Shown here: positions 40,906-50,364 of the stretch, one piece after another | How the letters are laid out: the number at the start of each line of letters is the position of its first letter | Numbering within the stretch: position 1 is the first letter of the stretch | Assembly (NCBI GenBank): GCA_963698505.1 | Contig: CAVORC010000030.1 | Span: 3,401 to 67,400, forward strand | Source: an uncultured Chloroflexia bacterium | Lineage (GTDB): Bacteria > Chloroflexota > Limnocylindria > Limnocylindrales > CSP1-4 | Length of the DNA: 64,000 bases | Reading direction: 5' to 3' | Made by a program: the position numbers and the translations under genes | The notes under the pieces: model-generated | Seen by the model: only the letters and a program-made list of their open reading frames with translations | Told to the model about the DNA's origin: nothing | Database searches by the model: none

Positions 40906-41131
40906 GTTCGTGAACCTCATCGCGTGTCAGGCGGTCCATCGCTCGGAAGCGCGTGATCTGGCCTTGGATGCGACGCTGCTGCGCTTCCAACCGCGAGAAC
41001 TCGGCGTCATCGTTGGAAAGCGAGCGCAGGTAGGCCGCGACCAGGCCACTGACCGACCGACCCTCCTCCGCGGCTCGGATGCGAGCGGCGCGATAGACGT
41101 CGTCAGGTACGGAGACCGTGATGTTCTTCAT
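40892..41131 (-). CDS. Ribbon-helix-helix antitoxin (VapB-like)
   Basis: MKNITVSVPDDVYRAARIRAAEEGRSVS...LTRDEVHER; overlaps the toxin. Confidence 0.88.
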   Translation of the reverse strand: MKNITVSVPDDVYRAARIRAAEEGRSVSGLVAAYLRSLSNDDAEFSRLEAQQRRIQGQITRFRAMDRLTRDEVHERALR

Positions 41132-41147
41132 CCTGTCACAGTAACGC

Positions 41148-41170
41148 AGTCTCACAGTATCTGTGAGACT
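41148..41170. promoter_or_regulatory. Palindromic operator of the RHH-PIN operon
   Basis: agtctcacag-tat-ctgtgagact inverted repeat just upstream of the antitoxin ATG. Confidence 0.7.
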
Positions 41171-41199
41171 CTCGCAGCGAGTCCCTGCACAGGGGTCCG

Positions 41200-41266
41200 C
41201 GTCGAGGCGACCACGGCCGTCAAGGTCATCCAGGAGTTCGTCCACGTGCGGGCTCGACGGGAGTGA
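41200..41266 (+). pseudogene. Internal fragment of another PIN toxin gene
   Basis: ATTAVKVIQEFVHVRARR resembles the TTxEVIQEFVHVRARR segment of VapC proteins. Confidence 0.5.
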
Positions 41267-41361
41267 CCGCCACGACCCAACAGATCGTGGACGGGAGCTG
41301 CTGCGCCTCCCGGGCCCGACCCGCTTGCTTCACGGCCATACCTCAGTTAATATGAAACCGT

Positions 41362-41727
41362 ATGGTTGTACGTAGCCTCAGCGGGCACGGAGCACAGCGG
41401 CAGACCGACCGGCTCTTCCACGCGCTCGCCGATGCCACACGCCGCGACATCGTGCGTCGGACGATGGATCGACCGCAGTCGGTGTCCACACTGGCGGCCG
41501 CCTACCCGATGAGCTTCGCGGCCGTGCAGAAGCACGTGGCGGTGCTCGAGCGGGCGGAGTTGGTCAGCAAGCATCGGCACGGCCGCGAGCGACTGGTCAG
41601 CGGCAACCCCAAGACCATCGACCGCGCCCATCGGCTCCTCGACGAGCTCGAGGTGCTCTGGCGCGACCGCATCGACCGCCTCGACGCGCTGCTCGCAGAC
41701 GATGAACCAGAAAGGAATGACCGATGA
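41362..41727 (+). CDS. ArsR/SmtB-family regulator
   Basis: LFHALADATRRDI, MSFAAVQKHVAVLERA, GRE. Confidence 0.92.
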   Translation: MVVRSLSGHGAQRQTDRLFHALADATRRDIVRRTMDRPQSVSTLAAAYPMSFAAVQKHVAVLERAELVSKHRHGRERLVSGNPKTIDRAHRLLDELEVLWRDRIDRLDALLADDEPERNDR

Positions 41728-42212
41728 CCGTCACCCACGTGAGCAAGGACCTCGAAGCCCTGACGATGACCTTCATCTGCGAGTTCGACGCGGGCGTCGA
41801 TCGAGTGTGGCAGGTGTGGGCGGACCCGCGCCAGCTCGAGCGCTGGTGGGGTCCGCCGTCGTATCCCGCGACGGTCACCGAGCACGAGTTCGTCCGCGGC
41901 GGCCGCGTCAGCTACCACATGACAGGACCGGAAGGCGAGACCTACCCTGGCTGGTGGCGGATCCTCGAGATCGACGCGCCCCACCGTCTCGAATTCAAGG
42001 ATGGCTTCACCGGCGAGGATGGTGAGCCGGATGACAGCATGCCGACGTCGATCACCGTGGTGACGCTCGAGCCGCTCGGCGAGGGTTCGACGCGCATGAC
42101 GATGCTCTCGAGGTTCCCCTCCCCCGAGGCCATGCAGCAGACCCTGGAGATGGGAGCGGAGGAAGGCCTGACGGGCGCTCTCGGCCAGGTCGACGGACTG
42201 CTTGCAGGGTGA
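41724..42212 (+). CDS. SRPBCC/AHSA1-family protein
   Basis: RVWQVWADPRQLERWWGP; coupled to ArsR by ATGA overlap. Confidence 0.9.
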   Translation: MTVTHVSKDLEALTMTFICEFDAGVDRVWQVWADPRQLERWWGPPSYPATVTEHEFVRGGRVSYHMTGPEGETYPGWWRILEIDAPHRLEFKDGFTGEDGEPDDSMPTSITVVTLEPLGEGSTRMTMLSRFPSPEAMQQTLEMGAEEGLTGALGQVDGLLAG

Positions 42213-42337
42213 TCCGGCGAGCTGCTTCGTGACCGGGCGATCCGTCTCTCCCGAGTACCGGAGCGGCCGACCTGTACGTCTCGTCGGTATCGACCACTCC
42301 GGTGGGCTCCGGCGCAGGCAAGAGCAGGAGACGGGCG

Positions 42338-44038
42338 TCAGTCTGGGGCCACCTCGGTCAAGCGCCACACGCCTGACTCGACATCGCTCGTCAGGTAGAT
42401 CGTCCCCGACGGTCCGACGGCGACGCCGTTGAATGCCCACGCCGGCGGCGTGTTCGGCGCAGCGGGTGTCCCCAGGGGGAGACCGTCGGCGACGGTCACC
42501 ATCTCCCCGGAGGGCATGACGCGCGTGAGGCGTCCGACCCCGGACTCGACGACCAGCAGCGATCCATCCGGCTCCACGGCGATCCCCTCGGGGTTAGCGA
42601 GCCCGATCGCGGTCTCGGTCATCGAGCGCTCGCCACCGGTCACGATCTGCCAGACCGTGCCCGAAGCCCAGTCGGTGACCCACAGATCCTCATCGGTGGC
42701 TGCGAGCCCGCTGGGTACCATCAGGCCCTCTGCGATCGCTTCGCGTTCCCCATCGGGGGCCTGACGCGTGACGGTGCCAGTCCCCAGCTCGGCGACGATC
42801 AGGTCGTCCCCGAAGCGGATGGCGTTCGTCGGACCTCCGAAGTCAGGCCACGATGCGACCTCGGCAGCGGCAGCCGGATCCCAGACCTGGACCAGGTTGG
42901 ACATCCACGACGTGACGATCACGTTCTGGCCGTCGGGAGCGACGGTCCACGGTTCGGTGATGGATCCGCCCGTGCGCAGCTGCCGCGTCACCGCTCTCTC
43001 CTCGCCGGTCTGGCCATCGAACTCCGCCATGGACCACAGGTCGGCGACATACAGGTGGTCGGCGCCATCGGCTCCGCTGCCCACGGCCGCGATGCCGCCG
43101 GGCAGGACCAGGCCCGGCGCGCTGAGCTGTCGGACCTCCCCGTCGGTGCCGATGACATGGACGCCTCCATCGTCGGAGTTGGAGACGTAGATCTCGCCTG
43201 CGGGCCCGAAGGCCATGTTGTCGAGACCGTCTTCGAGTGAGGCGATGGGCGTGAGCTCGCCGGTCTCGATGTCGACCTCCGAGACTTCGGGTGTCAGCGC
43301 CGAGGTGGCGTAGAGCTGCCCATCCGAGTCGAACTCGACCGAGAAGGCGGGTGTGCCACTCACCAGCGTCTCGAACTCGGGCACAGCTGCATCGACGTCG
43401 ATACGGCCGATCTCACCGCCGGTCGCGCTGAACGGACGAGGCGCGTAGAGCAGCCCGTCCGGCCCAAAGTCGAATCCGTTCAGCTGGTTTGGCCAGGGGG
43501 CATCCCCCTCGCCCTCCATGACAAGCCTCGGCTCTGCCATCAGGGCGGGGTCCAGCTCGAAGAGGTCGTCCCCGAAGAACGCGAGCGCGACGAACAGCCG
43601 CCCATCGTCCGTGAAGGCGATGGGATTGACACCCTGCGCCACGAGTTGCTGATCGAGGCTGCCGTCCGTGCGCAGGCAGTTCACGTATCCGCCCAGGATG
43701 TCTGTCCAGCAGATCGACCCATCGGGACCCACCGCCACATCGTCCGGCGATCCGGTGTCGACGTCGCCGATGGTCGGACCGATGCGCTCGACGATCGCTC
43801 CCGTGTCAGGATCAAGCACGGAGATCCCACGGCCCCAAACGCTGGCGACAAGGACCCGGCCCTCTCCGTCGACGGCGACGCCATTCGCCCCGTGGATCGG
43901 TGCACCCTGGACCAGCAGTTCGGGCACGGGCACGCCCATGTCCGGAGTCTCGGCGTCTTGCGCGAGAGCAGGCAGCCCGGTCAGGGCCAGACAAGATGAG
44001 GCAGCCAGGGCTGCCCCAGCCACGACGATGCTACGCAT
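42338..44038 (-). CDS. Secreted beta-propeller protein (SMP-30/NHL-like, double propeller)
   Basis: Signal peptide; repeated PDDVAVGPDG, NGFDFGPDG, DNMAFGPAG, PEGIAVEPDG blades. Confidence 0.82.
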   Translation of the reverse strand: MRSIVVAGAALAASSCLALTGLPALAQDAETPDMGVPVPELLVQGAPIHGANGVAVDGEGRVLVASVWGRGISVLDPDTGAIVERIGPTIGDVDTGSPDDVAVGPDGSICWTDILGGYVNCLRTDGSLDQQLVAQGVNPIAFTDDGRLFVALAFFGDDLFELDPALMAEPRLVMEGEGDAPWPNQLNGFDFGPDGLLYAPRPFSATGGEIGRIDVDAAVPEFETLVSGTPAFSVEFDSDGQLYATSALTPEVSEVDIETGELTPIASLEDGLDNMAFGPAGEIYVSNSDDGGVHVIGTDGEVRQLSAPGLVLPGGIAAVGSGADGADHLYVADLWSMAEFDGQTGEERAVTRQLRTGGSITEPWTVAPDGQNVIVTSWMSNLVQVWDPAAAAEVASWPDFGGPTNAIRFGDDLIVAELGTGTVTRQAPDGEREAIAEGLMVPSGLAATDEDLWVTDWASGTVWQIVTGGERSMTETAIGLANPEGIAVEPDGSLLVVESGVGRLTRVMPSGEMVTVADGLPLGTPAAPNTPPAWAFNGVAVGPSGTIYLTSDVESGVWRLTEVAPD

Positions 44039-44063
44039 CTTCGCATCCCCCTAGTGATGGGCG

Positions 44064-44138
44064 GGCCGGGTTCGCCAGTGGCTCGGTGCAGTCCAGGCGG
44101 CCATGGTCGACAGACCGCGCGTCGTTGCCTCCCGCTAC
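44064..44138 (-). ncRNA. c-di-GMP-II-like riboswitch (variant), copy A
   Basis: CGGG-A-GGC-AACGA...TGGCCGCCTGGA...GA-GCC-ACTGGCG-AA-CCCG; kink-turn and pseudoknot pattern; 26 nt before the start codon. Confidence 0.7.
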
Positions 44139-44362
44139 ATCCAATTCTCGCGCTGCTGGCAAGTCAGGCAGAACCGCGGAGGGTCGCCGCGGTTCGTCCA
44201 GCTTGGTTCCGGCGCTCCCCGGGCCTGGCGCTCCACCGGGAAACCGTGGGTGGCGCCGGGCATCCTCATCGACATCATCGGCTGGGTATGCTCGTACCGT
44301 TGTCGCCCGCCATGAGCGGCCATGACCCCTGAACAGGACCGGCTCGTCGCGGAAGGAGAGCC

Positions 44363-45760
44363 ATGAGGAACGGACTCGGCCGCAAGCTACTGGCGTCCCT
44401 CGTGCTCGGCGTCATCGCGGCGCTGCTGGTGGGCATGGTGGCGGTCGTGCTGCTCGGTCGTCCACCCAAGACCTTCACGCTCGCGGCCGGGCAACCGGGC
44501 GGCATGTACGCGAGCTTCGCCAGCTCGCTACAGGAGGCCCTCGCGACCGAGGGCATCGACGTCGAGATCATCGAGACCGCCGGCTCCATCGAGAACGCCG
44601 AGCTGCTGCGCACCGGCAACGCTGACGTCGGGCTCATCCAGAGTGGCACCGAGTTCCTCACGGACATCGGCGGCTCGACCGCGCTGGCGGAGGTCTTCTA
44701 CGAGCCCTTCTGGATCTTCGCGCGAGCAGGTGTCATCGAGGTCGTCGACGGCATCCCGGTCCTGGCTGGCAAGCGCCTGGCCATCGGCCCGGCCGGAAGC
44801 GGCACCAACGCGACGGCACGGGCGCTCATCGACCAGACGGGCTCGACCGCCATCGCCCTGGAGTGGACCACCGACGAGGCCATCGAGGGCCTGGCGGCCG
44901 GGACCATCGACGCTGCCTTCTTCGTGGTGGCGGCGAATGCGCCGCTCGTCGCGGAGCTGGCGGCCATCGCGGAGCTCGAGCTCCTGGCTGTCCCGAACGT
45001 GGAGGGCCTCGCGCGCCGGCTGCCCTTCCTTTCGCCGGTGACGCTCTTCCGCGGCACCTTCGACCCGGGCGCGACCCCCGTGCCACCGCAGGACATGGCC
45101 ATGCTGGCCGCACGGGCCACGCTCATGGGCCGCGACGGCTTGAACCCCGACCTGGCGAGGCTCATCGTGCGCGAGCTGCCAGCGGTCCTGCCGGTGCCCT
45201 ACGTCGGCGATCTCGACGCGTTCCCCTCGCTGGCCCAGACGCGGTTCCCGCTCAACGAGGACGCCCGCAAGTACCTCGCCGAAGGACCCACCCCCCTGGA
45301 GGCGTTCCTGCCCTTCGAGATCGCCTCGCCCCTGGCGCGCATCTACCTCATCCTGCTGCCGCTGCTCGTGCTCGCCTTCCCGATCTACACGCTGGCCAAG
45401 GCCGGCTGGGAATGGTTCAACAACAGCCGCGTCAACTCGTGGTATCCGCGCATCAATGCCATCGAGCGCAACCTGGAGGCATCGGGCCTCGATGAGCTGA
45501 TGGCGCAGCAGGACTTCCTCGTCGGCCTCGACCAACAGCTCGCCCGCCAGCGGCGCGTGCCGGCAGGCAAGATGGGGACGCTCTACCAGCTGCGTACCCA
45601 CCTCTCGTTCGTCATCAGGAGGGTGGAAGCCCGCATCGCCGAGCTTGGCGGCGAGGGTGCGCTCGCGGCTGCCAAGGCCAACGATGTGGACCCCGACCTG
45701 GACCCGGCCGCCATCACTGCCGAAGCCATGGGCCTGGACGACCGGGGTCGCGACGGCTGA
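44363..45760 (+). CDS. TAXI-family TRAP transporter solute receptor
   Basis: AAGQPGGMY, TAGSIENA, FYEPFWIF, GPAGSGT; C-terminal TM and helical tail. Confidence 0.85.
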   Translation: MRNGLGRKLLASLVLGVIAALLVGMVAVVLLGRPPKTFTLAAGQPGGMYASFASSLQEALATEGIDVEIIETAGSIENAELLRTGNADVGLIQSGTEFLTDIGGSTALAEVFYEPFWIFARAGVIEVVDGIPVLAGKRLAIGPAGSGTNATARALIDQTGSTAIALEWTTDEAIEGLAAGTIDAAFFVVAANAPLVAELAAIAELELLAVPNVEGLARRLPFLSPVTLFRGTFDPGATPVPPQDMAMLAARATLMGRDGLNPDLARLIVRELPAVLPVPYVGDLDAFPSLAQTRFPLNEDARKYLAEGPTPLEAFLPFEIASPLARIYLILLPLLVLAFPIYTLAKAGWEWFNNSRVNSWYPRINAIERNLEASGLDELMAQQDFLVGLDQQLARQRRVPAGKMGTLYQLRTHLSFVIRRVEARIAELGGEGALAAAKANDVDPDLDPAAITAEAMGLDDRGRDG

Positions 45761-45773
45761 GGCGCGGAATCGA

Positions 45774-46955
45774 TTACGGGTCGATCAGGTCGGCCACGGT
45801 CTGGAACTCCGGGTCAAGGACGGCGAGGGCGCTGAACAGGGCCCCGCTGTCGGCGCAGGTGTTGGTGAAGACGACGGCCGTCTCGCCGGTCTCAGGGTCA
45901 TGGCCGGCCCAGCCCTCCCAGCCGATGGCCTCGCCCTCGTGACCGAACTGGGTCCCGGCCTGCATGATGCCGAGGCCGTAGGTCAGCGGGCCACCGAGGC
46001 CAGCATCGTGCTGCTCGAGCCGCTCGGCGGCGAGCTCGTCAGAGAGCAGCGCGCTGCCGCTCATCGACGCGGCCCAGATGGCGAGGTCGTCGAGGTCGGA
46101 GTGCATGCTGCCGCCGATCTGCCCGTAGCTGGCGTTCCAGTCGGTCGTGTCGGTGTCGTCAGGCACCGGCTCGGCCCCGTCGCGCACCAGCTCAGCCACG
46201 CAGGCCGGGCTCATGTAGCCGCGTGCGAAGGGCTCGGGCAGGGTGGTGTCGTCGTTGTACGGCAGCGCCGTGTCGGGCATGCCCAAGGGCTCGGTCAGCC
46301 GCTCCGTGACCAGCTCCTGGATGGTCTTCCCGGTGAGGGTCTCGGCGATCTCCTGGAGGATGACGTAGCCGGTGGTGCTGTAACCGGGGGTACCCACGGG
46401 AGCCAGGCCACGCTCGACGCCGTAGCCGATGAGGTCGATGGGGTCCCACTGCGTATCGGGCGCCCGGGTCACAGCGGCCACCGTCGCATCGGCCACGTTC
46501 ATGTAATCGGGGATGCCGCTGGTCATGCCCAGCAGGTCGCGGATGCTGATGTCGGCGACGTCGGGGAACTGCTCAGCGAGCTCGGGATCGGCCTCGGCGA
46601 CGGTGTCGTCGAGCGACAGCAGGCCCTCGTCGACGAGCTGCAGGATGATGGCCGCGCCGAACGTCTTGCTGACGCTGCCGATGCGGAAGTGGTCGTCGAG
46701 GCCCGCGGCGCGACCGGCTGCCACGTCAGCGAGCCCATAGGCCTGCTGGTAGGAGCCGCGCTCGGGGCTCCACAGGCCGACGTAGAACGCGGGCACCTCC
46801 GGGTGCTTTTCCATGACCGCGGCGATACCGGCGTCGATAGCTGCGCTGTCCTCGGCGGACATGGGTTCGCTCGGCAGCTGCACGTCGGCCGCGGCGGCGG
46901 AAGCTGCCAGGGCCAGCGTGAGGAGTGTGGAAGTGAAGAGTGCGGGCGTGCGCAT
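45774..46955 (-). CDS. Secreted serine hydrolase (beta-lactamase/D-Ala peptidase family)
   Basis: FRIGSVSKT (SxxK), YSTTGY, FGHEG. Confidence 0.88.
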   Translation of the reverse strand: MRTPALFTSTLLTLALAASAAAADVQLPSEPMSAEDSAAIDAGIAAVMEKHPEVPAFYVGLWSPERGSYQQAYGLADVAAGRAAGLDDHFRIGSVSKTFGAAIILQLVDEGLLSLDDTVAEADPELAEQFPDVADISIRDLLGMTSGIPDYMNVADATVAAVTRAPDTQWDPIDLIGYGVERGLAPVGTPGYSTTGYVILQEIAETLTGKTIQELVTERLTEPLGMPDTALPYNDDTTLPEPFARGYMSPACVAELVRDGAEPVPDDTDTTDWNASYGQIGGSMHSDLDDLAIWAASMSGSALLSDELAAERLEQHDAGLGGPLTYGLGIMQAGTQFGHEGEAIGWEGWAGHDPETGETAVVFTNTCADSGALFSALAVLDPEFQTVADLIDP

Positions 46956-47099
46956 CGGTTCTCCATGGGGACAGGTATGAGGTGGGTCGATTCTGCCAAG
47001 GATCGCTGAGGCGCGGGCCGATCGGCCTGGTGCGACCCAGCGGCGCCCGAGGTGGATCGGCCAGTCGAGGCTTGAGACCTGCCGTGAAGACAGGAGCGC

Positions 47100-48596
47100 T
47101 CAGGCCTGCAGGAACGGAGGTTCGACGTTGACGGGTTCGCCCCGGCTGACCCGGAAGTCGCAGTGCCGCCCGCCTTGCGCGATGGTCTCGGTCCGATCGA
47201 GCCGCAGGCCCATCTCCGCGAACTGGGGATAGTCGACCCAGCAAAGGAAGGGGGCAAGCTCGGGGGCACCTTCCCGCTGCAGGTACTTGACGATCCCGCA
47301 CTCGGTGACGTCCATCCCCATCTCGAACGACCGCCCGTCGCCTTCGACGACCTCGTAGACCCAGTCGTCCGGATAGCGGCGTTGCCGGCTGATGGCGGCC
47401 GACCGTCTCAGCTGCTCCTGGCGCTTCCGACCCAGCATCCGCCTGCCCTGCCAGCGCATGAGCCAGCGGGTTGGGACGCTGTCGAAGAAGCTCGCCGTCC
47501 CCAGATAGATGAGCCGGGCAGCCTCCTCGACCGTTGCCCCGCGCGCCTGTAGGGTTCGGTACATCGCCAGCATGGCGGCGGTGAGGTAGAGGTTCCTCGT
47601 GTAGCGGTTCTCATCACCTCCGATGTATGGGATCTCCGGCAGGAGGGCCTCGAAGCTCCGGAGCGACTCTCGTGCGATCGCCTCTCCCTCCGACTGGCCG
47701 TAGGTCTCGACGAGGTGCTTCCGGTAGTGTCGGAGGGCGAAACTCACCTGCCTCATGATTCGACCCTTGCGCCTGACGTACCAGAACTCGGGGCCCATGC
47801 GCCTGACCTGCTCGACCTTGGCCGGCGAGGGAGCGGCCTCTCGACGGAGCTCGGTCGGCAGCTCCCGCCCGCTGACCCAGGCCTCGACCGTGCGGATGTG
47901 CAGGTCAGGATCCGCCTTCTGCCAGCAGTGTCCGAGGTCGGGGACGTACCAGGCCTCGGCCCGGGGCAGGACCTCGGCCAGGGCGGCGTTCATCGATCGG
48001 ACCACGCGCTCCTTCTCGCCAGCGACGAGCAGGGCGGGACTCGGCGCATCGAGGGCGGCAAACTCCCCGAAGCACTCCCCGACCACGCGCCCGAACTCCA
48101 GGCGTGATGCGACCCGCAAGTCCTCCGGGTCGTGCGTGTCGCGGAAGAACGCCATGAGCGGGCGCGTGTGGATGAATGGCGCCATGGCGAGCATGCACAG
48201 ACGCATGATCGCGCGGCCGATGCGCGGCGTGCCAAACGGGGGTGAGCCGTCGATGACAGCCCGCTCGACGCGGTCGGGGTGGCGATCCAGCAGGGCGTGG
48301 ATGTGCAGCCCGCCCGAGGAGATGCCCACGACGCTCGCGCGCCTCTCCGGGACCCGGGCCTCGATGAGCTCGGCGAGCAGATCCGCCACGCGCTCCTTGG
48401 TCGCCGACCCGAGACGGTTGCTGCGCCCGAACCCAGGCAGGTCTGGCGCCAGGCAGTGGAAGCCAGACAGCCTGTCCATGTGCTGGCGCCACTCGCGGCT
48501 GCTCTGGCCGGCGCCATGGATGAAGACGATGGCCGGCGAGCCCGGGGTCCCGGACTCCTGGACATACAAGCCGCCAGAAGAACGCTGCTCACTCAT
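47100..48596 (-). CDS. Alpha/beta hydrolase fused to an L-2-amino-thiazoline-4-carboxylate hydrolase-like domain
   Basis: FIHGAG, PDLPGFG, GISSGG; C-terminal DVTECG...LCWVD...RTETIAQGGRHCDFR. Confidence 0.8.
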   Translation of the reverse strand: MSEQRSSGGLYVQESGTPGSPAIVFIHGAGQSSREWRQHMDRLSGFHCLAPDLPGFGRSNRLGSATKERVADLLAELIEARVPERRASVVGISSGGLHIHALLDRHPDRVERAVIDGSPPFGTPRIGRAIMRLCMLAMAPFIHTRPLMAFFRDTHDPEDLRVASRLEFGRVVGECFGEFAALDAPSPALLVAGEKERVVRSMNAALAEVLPRAEAWYVPDLGHCWQKADPDLHIRTVEAWVSGRELPTELRREAAPSPAKVEQVRRMGPEFWYVRRKGRIMRQVSFALRHYRKHLVETYGQSEGEAIARESLRSFEALLPEIPYIGGDENRYTRNLYLTAAMLAMYRTLQARGATVEEAARLIYLGTASFFDSVPTRWLMRWQGRRMLGRKRQEQLRRSAAISRQRRYPDDWVYEVVEGDGRSFEMGMDVTECGIVKYLQREGAPELAPFLCWVDYPQFAEMGLRLDRTETIAQGGRHCDFRVSRGEPVNVEPPFLQA

Positions 48597-48630
48597 CTCG
48601 TTACCCCCTAGTGCAGACGCGAACGTGGGT

Positions 48631-49371
48631 TCATCGCTTCGGCCGTGCGAGGTGGCCGACACCGACCTCGCGCGCGGCGGCCACCGCAGCGGCCACGCCG
48701 TCGGTCCAGGGCTCCCCGTGCCCGGGCAGCAGCCAGTGGGCCTCGAGCTCCTCGATGCTCGCCAGGGAGGCCAACGCTTCATCGGGATCGGCAGCGAAGG
48801 GACAGACCTGCGGACCCCGGCGCTGGCTGATCACCGCGTCCGTGGCCAGCGCGTCACCGACGAAGAGCGCGTCGTGCCCCGGCGCATGGAAGGTGACGCT
48901 GCCGGGCGTATGTCCGGGTGTGTGGATGACACGCAGCGCACCCGGGATGTCGAGCGTCGTACCCGGGTCGAAGGTGCCGACCTCCGTCAGCGCCGTGGTC
49001 CGCATGCCACCGCGACGCGCGAGCCACAGCATGTAGTGCAACAGGGAACGAAGCCTGCGCTCGCCCATGCCGGCGCTCGGGTTGGCCACTTCGCCGCGGG
49101 CCAGTGCGGCGTCGAGCTCGTGGATGCTGGCGGGCACGCCGCGCTCGACTCGCAGCCGCTCGGCGAAGCCGATGTGATCGTCGTGGCCGTGGGTCAGCAC
49201 GAGGACGCGGACGTCCTCGATCGTGCGGCCCATGGCGGCGAGCTCGGCTGTCAGCTCGCTGTAGTACGCGGGCACACCGGCATCGATGATGGTGACCTCA
49301 CCGGCCTCCTCGAGGAGGTAGCAGCTGACGATCGCTTCCCCCAGTCGGTGCAGGGATGGGGCAAGTCGCAT
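48631..49371 (-). CDS. MBL-fold metallo-hydrolase
   Basis: THGHDDHIG, TPGHTPG, GDA, LPGHG. Confidence 0.92.
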   Translation of the reverse strand: MRLAPSLHRLGEAIVSCYLLEEAGEVTIIDAGVPAYYSELTAELAAMGRTIEDVRVLVLTHGHDDHIGFAERLRVERGVPASIHELDAALARGEVANPSAGMGERRLRSLLHYMLWLARRGGMRTTALTEVGTFDPGTTLDIPGALRVIHTPGHTPGSVTFHAPGHDALFVGDALATDAVISQRRGPQVCPFAADPDEALASLASIEELEAHWLLPGHGEPWTDGVAAAVAAAREVGVGHLARPKR

Positions 49372-49381
49372 CGGATCGCCC

Positions 49382-50071
49382 TCACTCCGCGGCCACCGGG
49401 GCCGTGGCTGCCGCTTCGTCCGTCGCCTCGAACGCTGATGCCGCCGACTTCACGCCCTGGGCCAGCAGCGCCTTGGAGAACACCGGCATCACCGAGACCG
49501 TGACGTCGTCGAAGCCCGCGTCCTCCATGGCCAGCCGGGCGGCGTCGTCGCTCCACTGCCACTCGCCCCATGCGTTGACGGCGGCGGCGGTCGAACCCGC
49601 GGGGACCTGCTCCGCCTCACCCATGGTCACAGCGATCCGGCCGCCTGGGCGCAGGACGCGGTACATCTCGCGGAGCGCCTGCCCGGGATCAGGCACGAAC
49701 TTCAAGACGTTGACCGACGTGACGACACTGAAGCGTCCGTCATCCCACGGCAGCGCAGCTGCGTCAGCGAGGACGATCTCGGCCGTCCCCGAGCCGATGC
49801 GTTCGGCCAGGCGTTGGCGAGCCATCGAGACCTGGAGGTCCGACGCGTCGAGGCCAGCGACGTAGCGCACGTGGGCGGCGTGATCGACCAGTAGCCCGGC
49901 CGATCCGCAGCCGACGTCGAGCAGGTCGTCAGTGGGCTGCAACTCGAGCACGGCGGACATCGCCTGTGAAAAGGAACGGCTGACTCTCCTCATCAGCCGG
50001 CTGCCGATGCGACCAAGCAGGCCCTGCGGCAGACCGAAGAACGATCCCCAGAACCTTCGGCGCAGGCCCAT
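49382..50071 (-). CDS. Class I SAM-dependent methyltransferase
   Basis: LLDVGCGS, ADAAALPW, YRVLRPGG. Confidence 0.9.
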   Translation of the reverse strand: MGLRRRFWGSFFGLPQGLLGRIGSRLMRRVSRSFSQAMSAVLELQPTDDLLDVGCGSAGLLVDHAAHVRYVAGLDASDLQVSMARQRLAERIGSGTAEIVLADAAALPWDDGRFSVVTSVNVLKFVPDPGQALREMYRVLRPGGRIAVTMGEAEQVPAGSTAAAVNAWGEWQWSDDAARLAMEDAGFDDVTVSVMPVFSKALLAQGVKSAASAFEATDEAAATAPVAAE

Positions 50072-50092
50072 CGTGCGTCCCCCTTGCGCGCG

Positions 50093-50167
50093 AGCCGGGT
50101 TCGCCAGTGGCTCTGTGCGGTCCAGGCGGCCATCATCGATGGGCCGCGCGTCATCGCCTCCCGCTAC
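50093..50167 (-). ncRNA. c-di-GMP-II-like riboswitch (variant), copy B
   Basis: CGGG-A-GGC-GATGA...TGGCCGCCTGGA...GA-GCC-ACTGGCG-AA-CCCG; GATAAT just upstream; ~22 nt before the start codon. Confidence 0.72.
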
Positions 50168-50364
50168 CGTTGATTATCCCGCGGACGCCAAGCCGGCAGC
50201 CGCCATCGGCTCCTGGACGGTGCACGGGTGCCTCAGCCTCGACGGTCCGTCACCCGATGGTCACGGCGGTGAGGCACCCTGTGGGCAGGCCGGTGCGCCC
50301 CGAGCTCGCGTGATGGCGAGCCGAGGCGCCGGCGTCCACGATGAACACTGTGGGGTGACGGACG

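Noticed and set aside
29455-41270. Prophage, ICE or IS element
   Set aside because: No integrase, transposase, relaxase or phage structural gene was recognised anywhere in the window.
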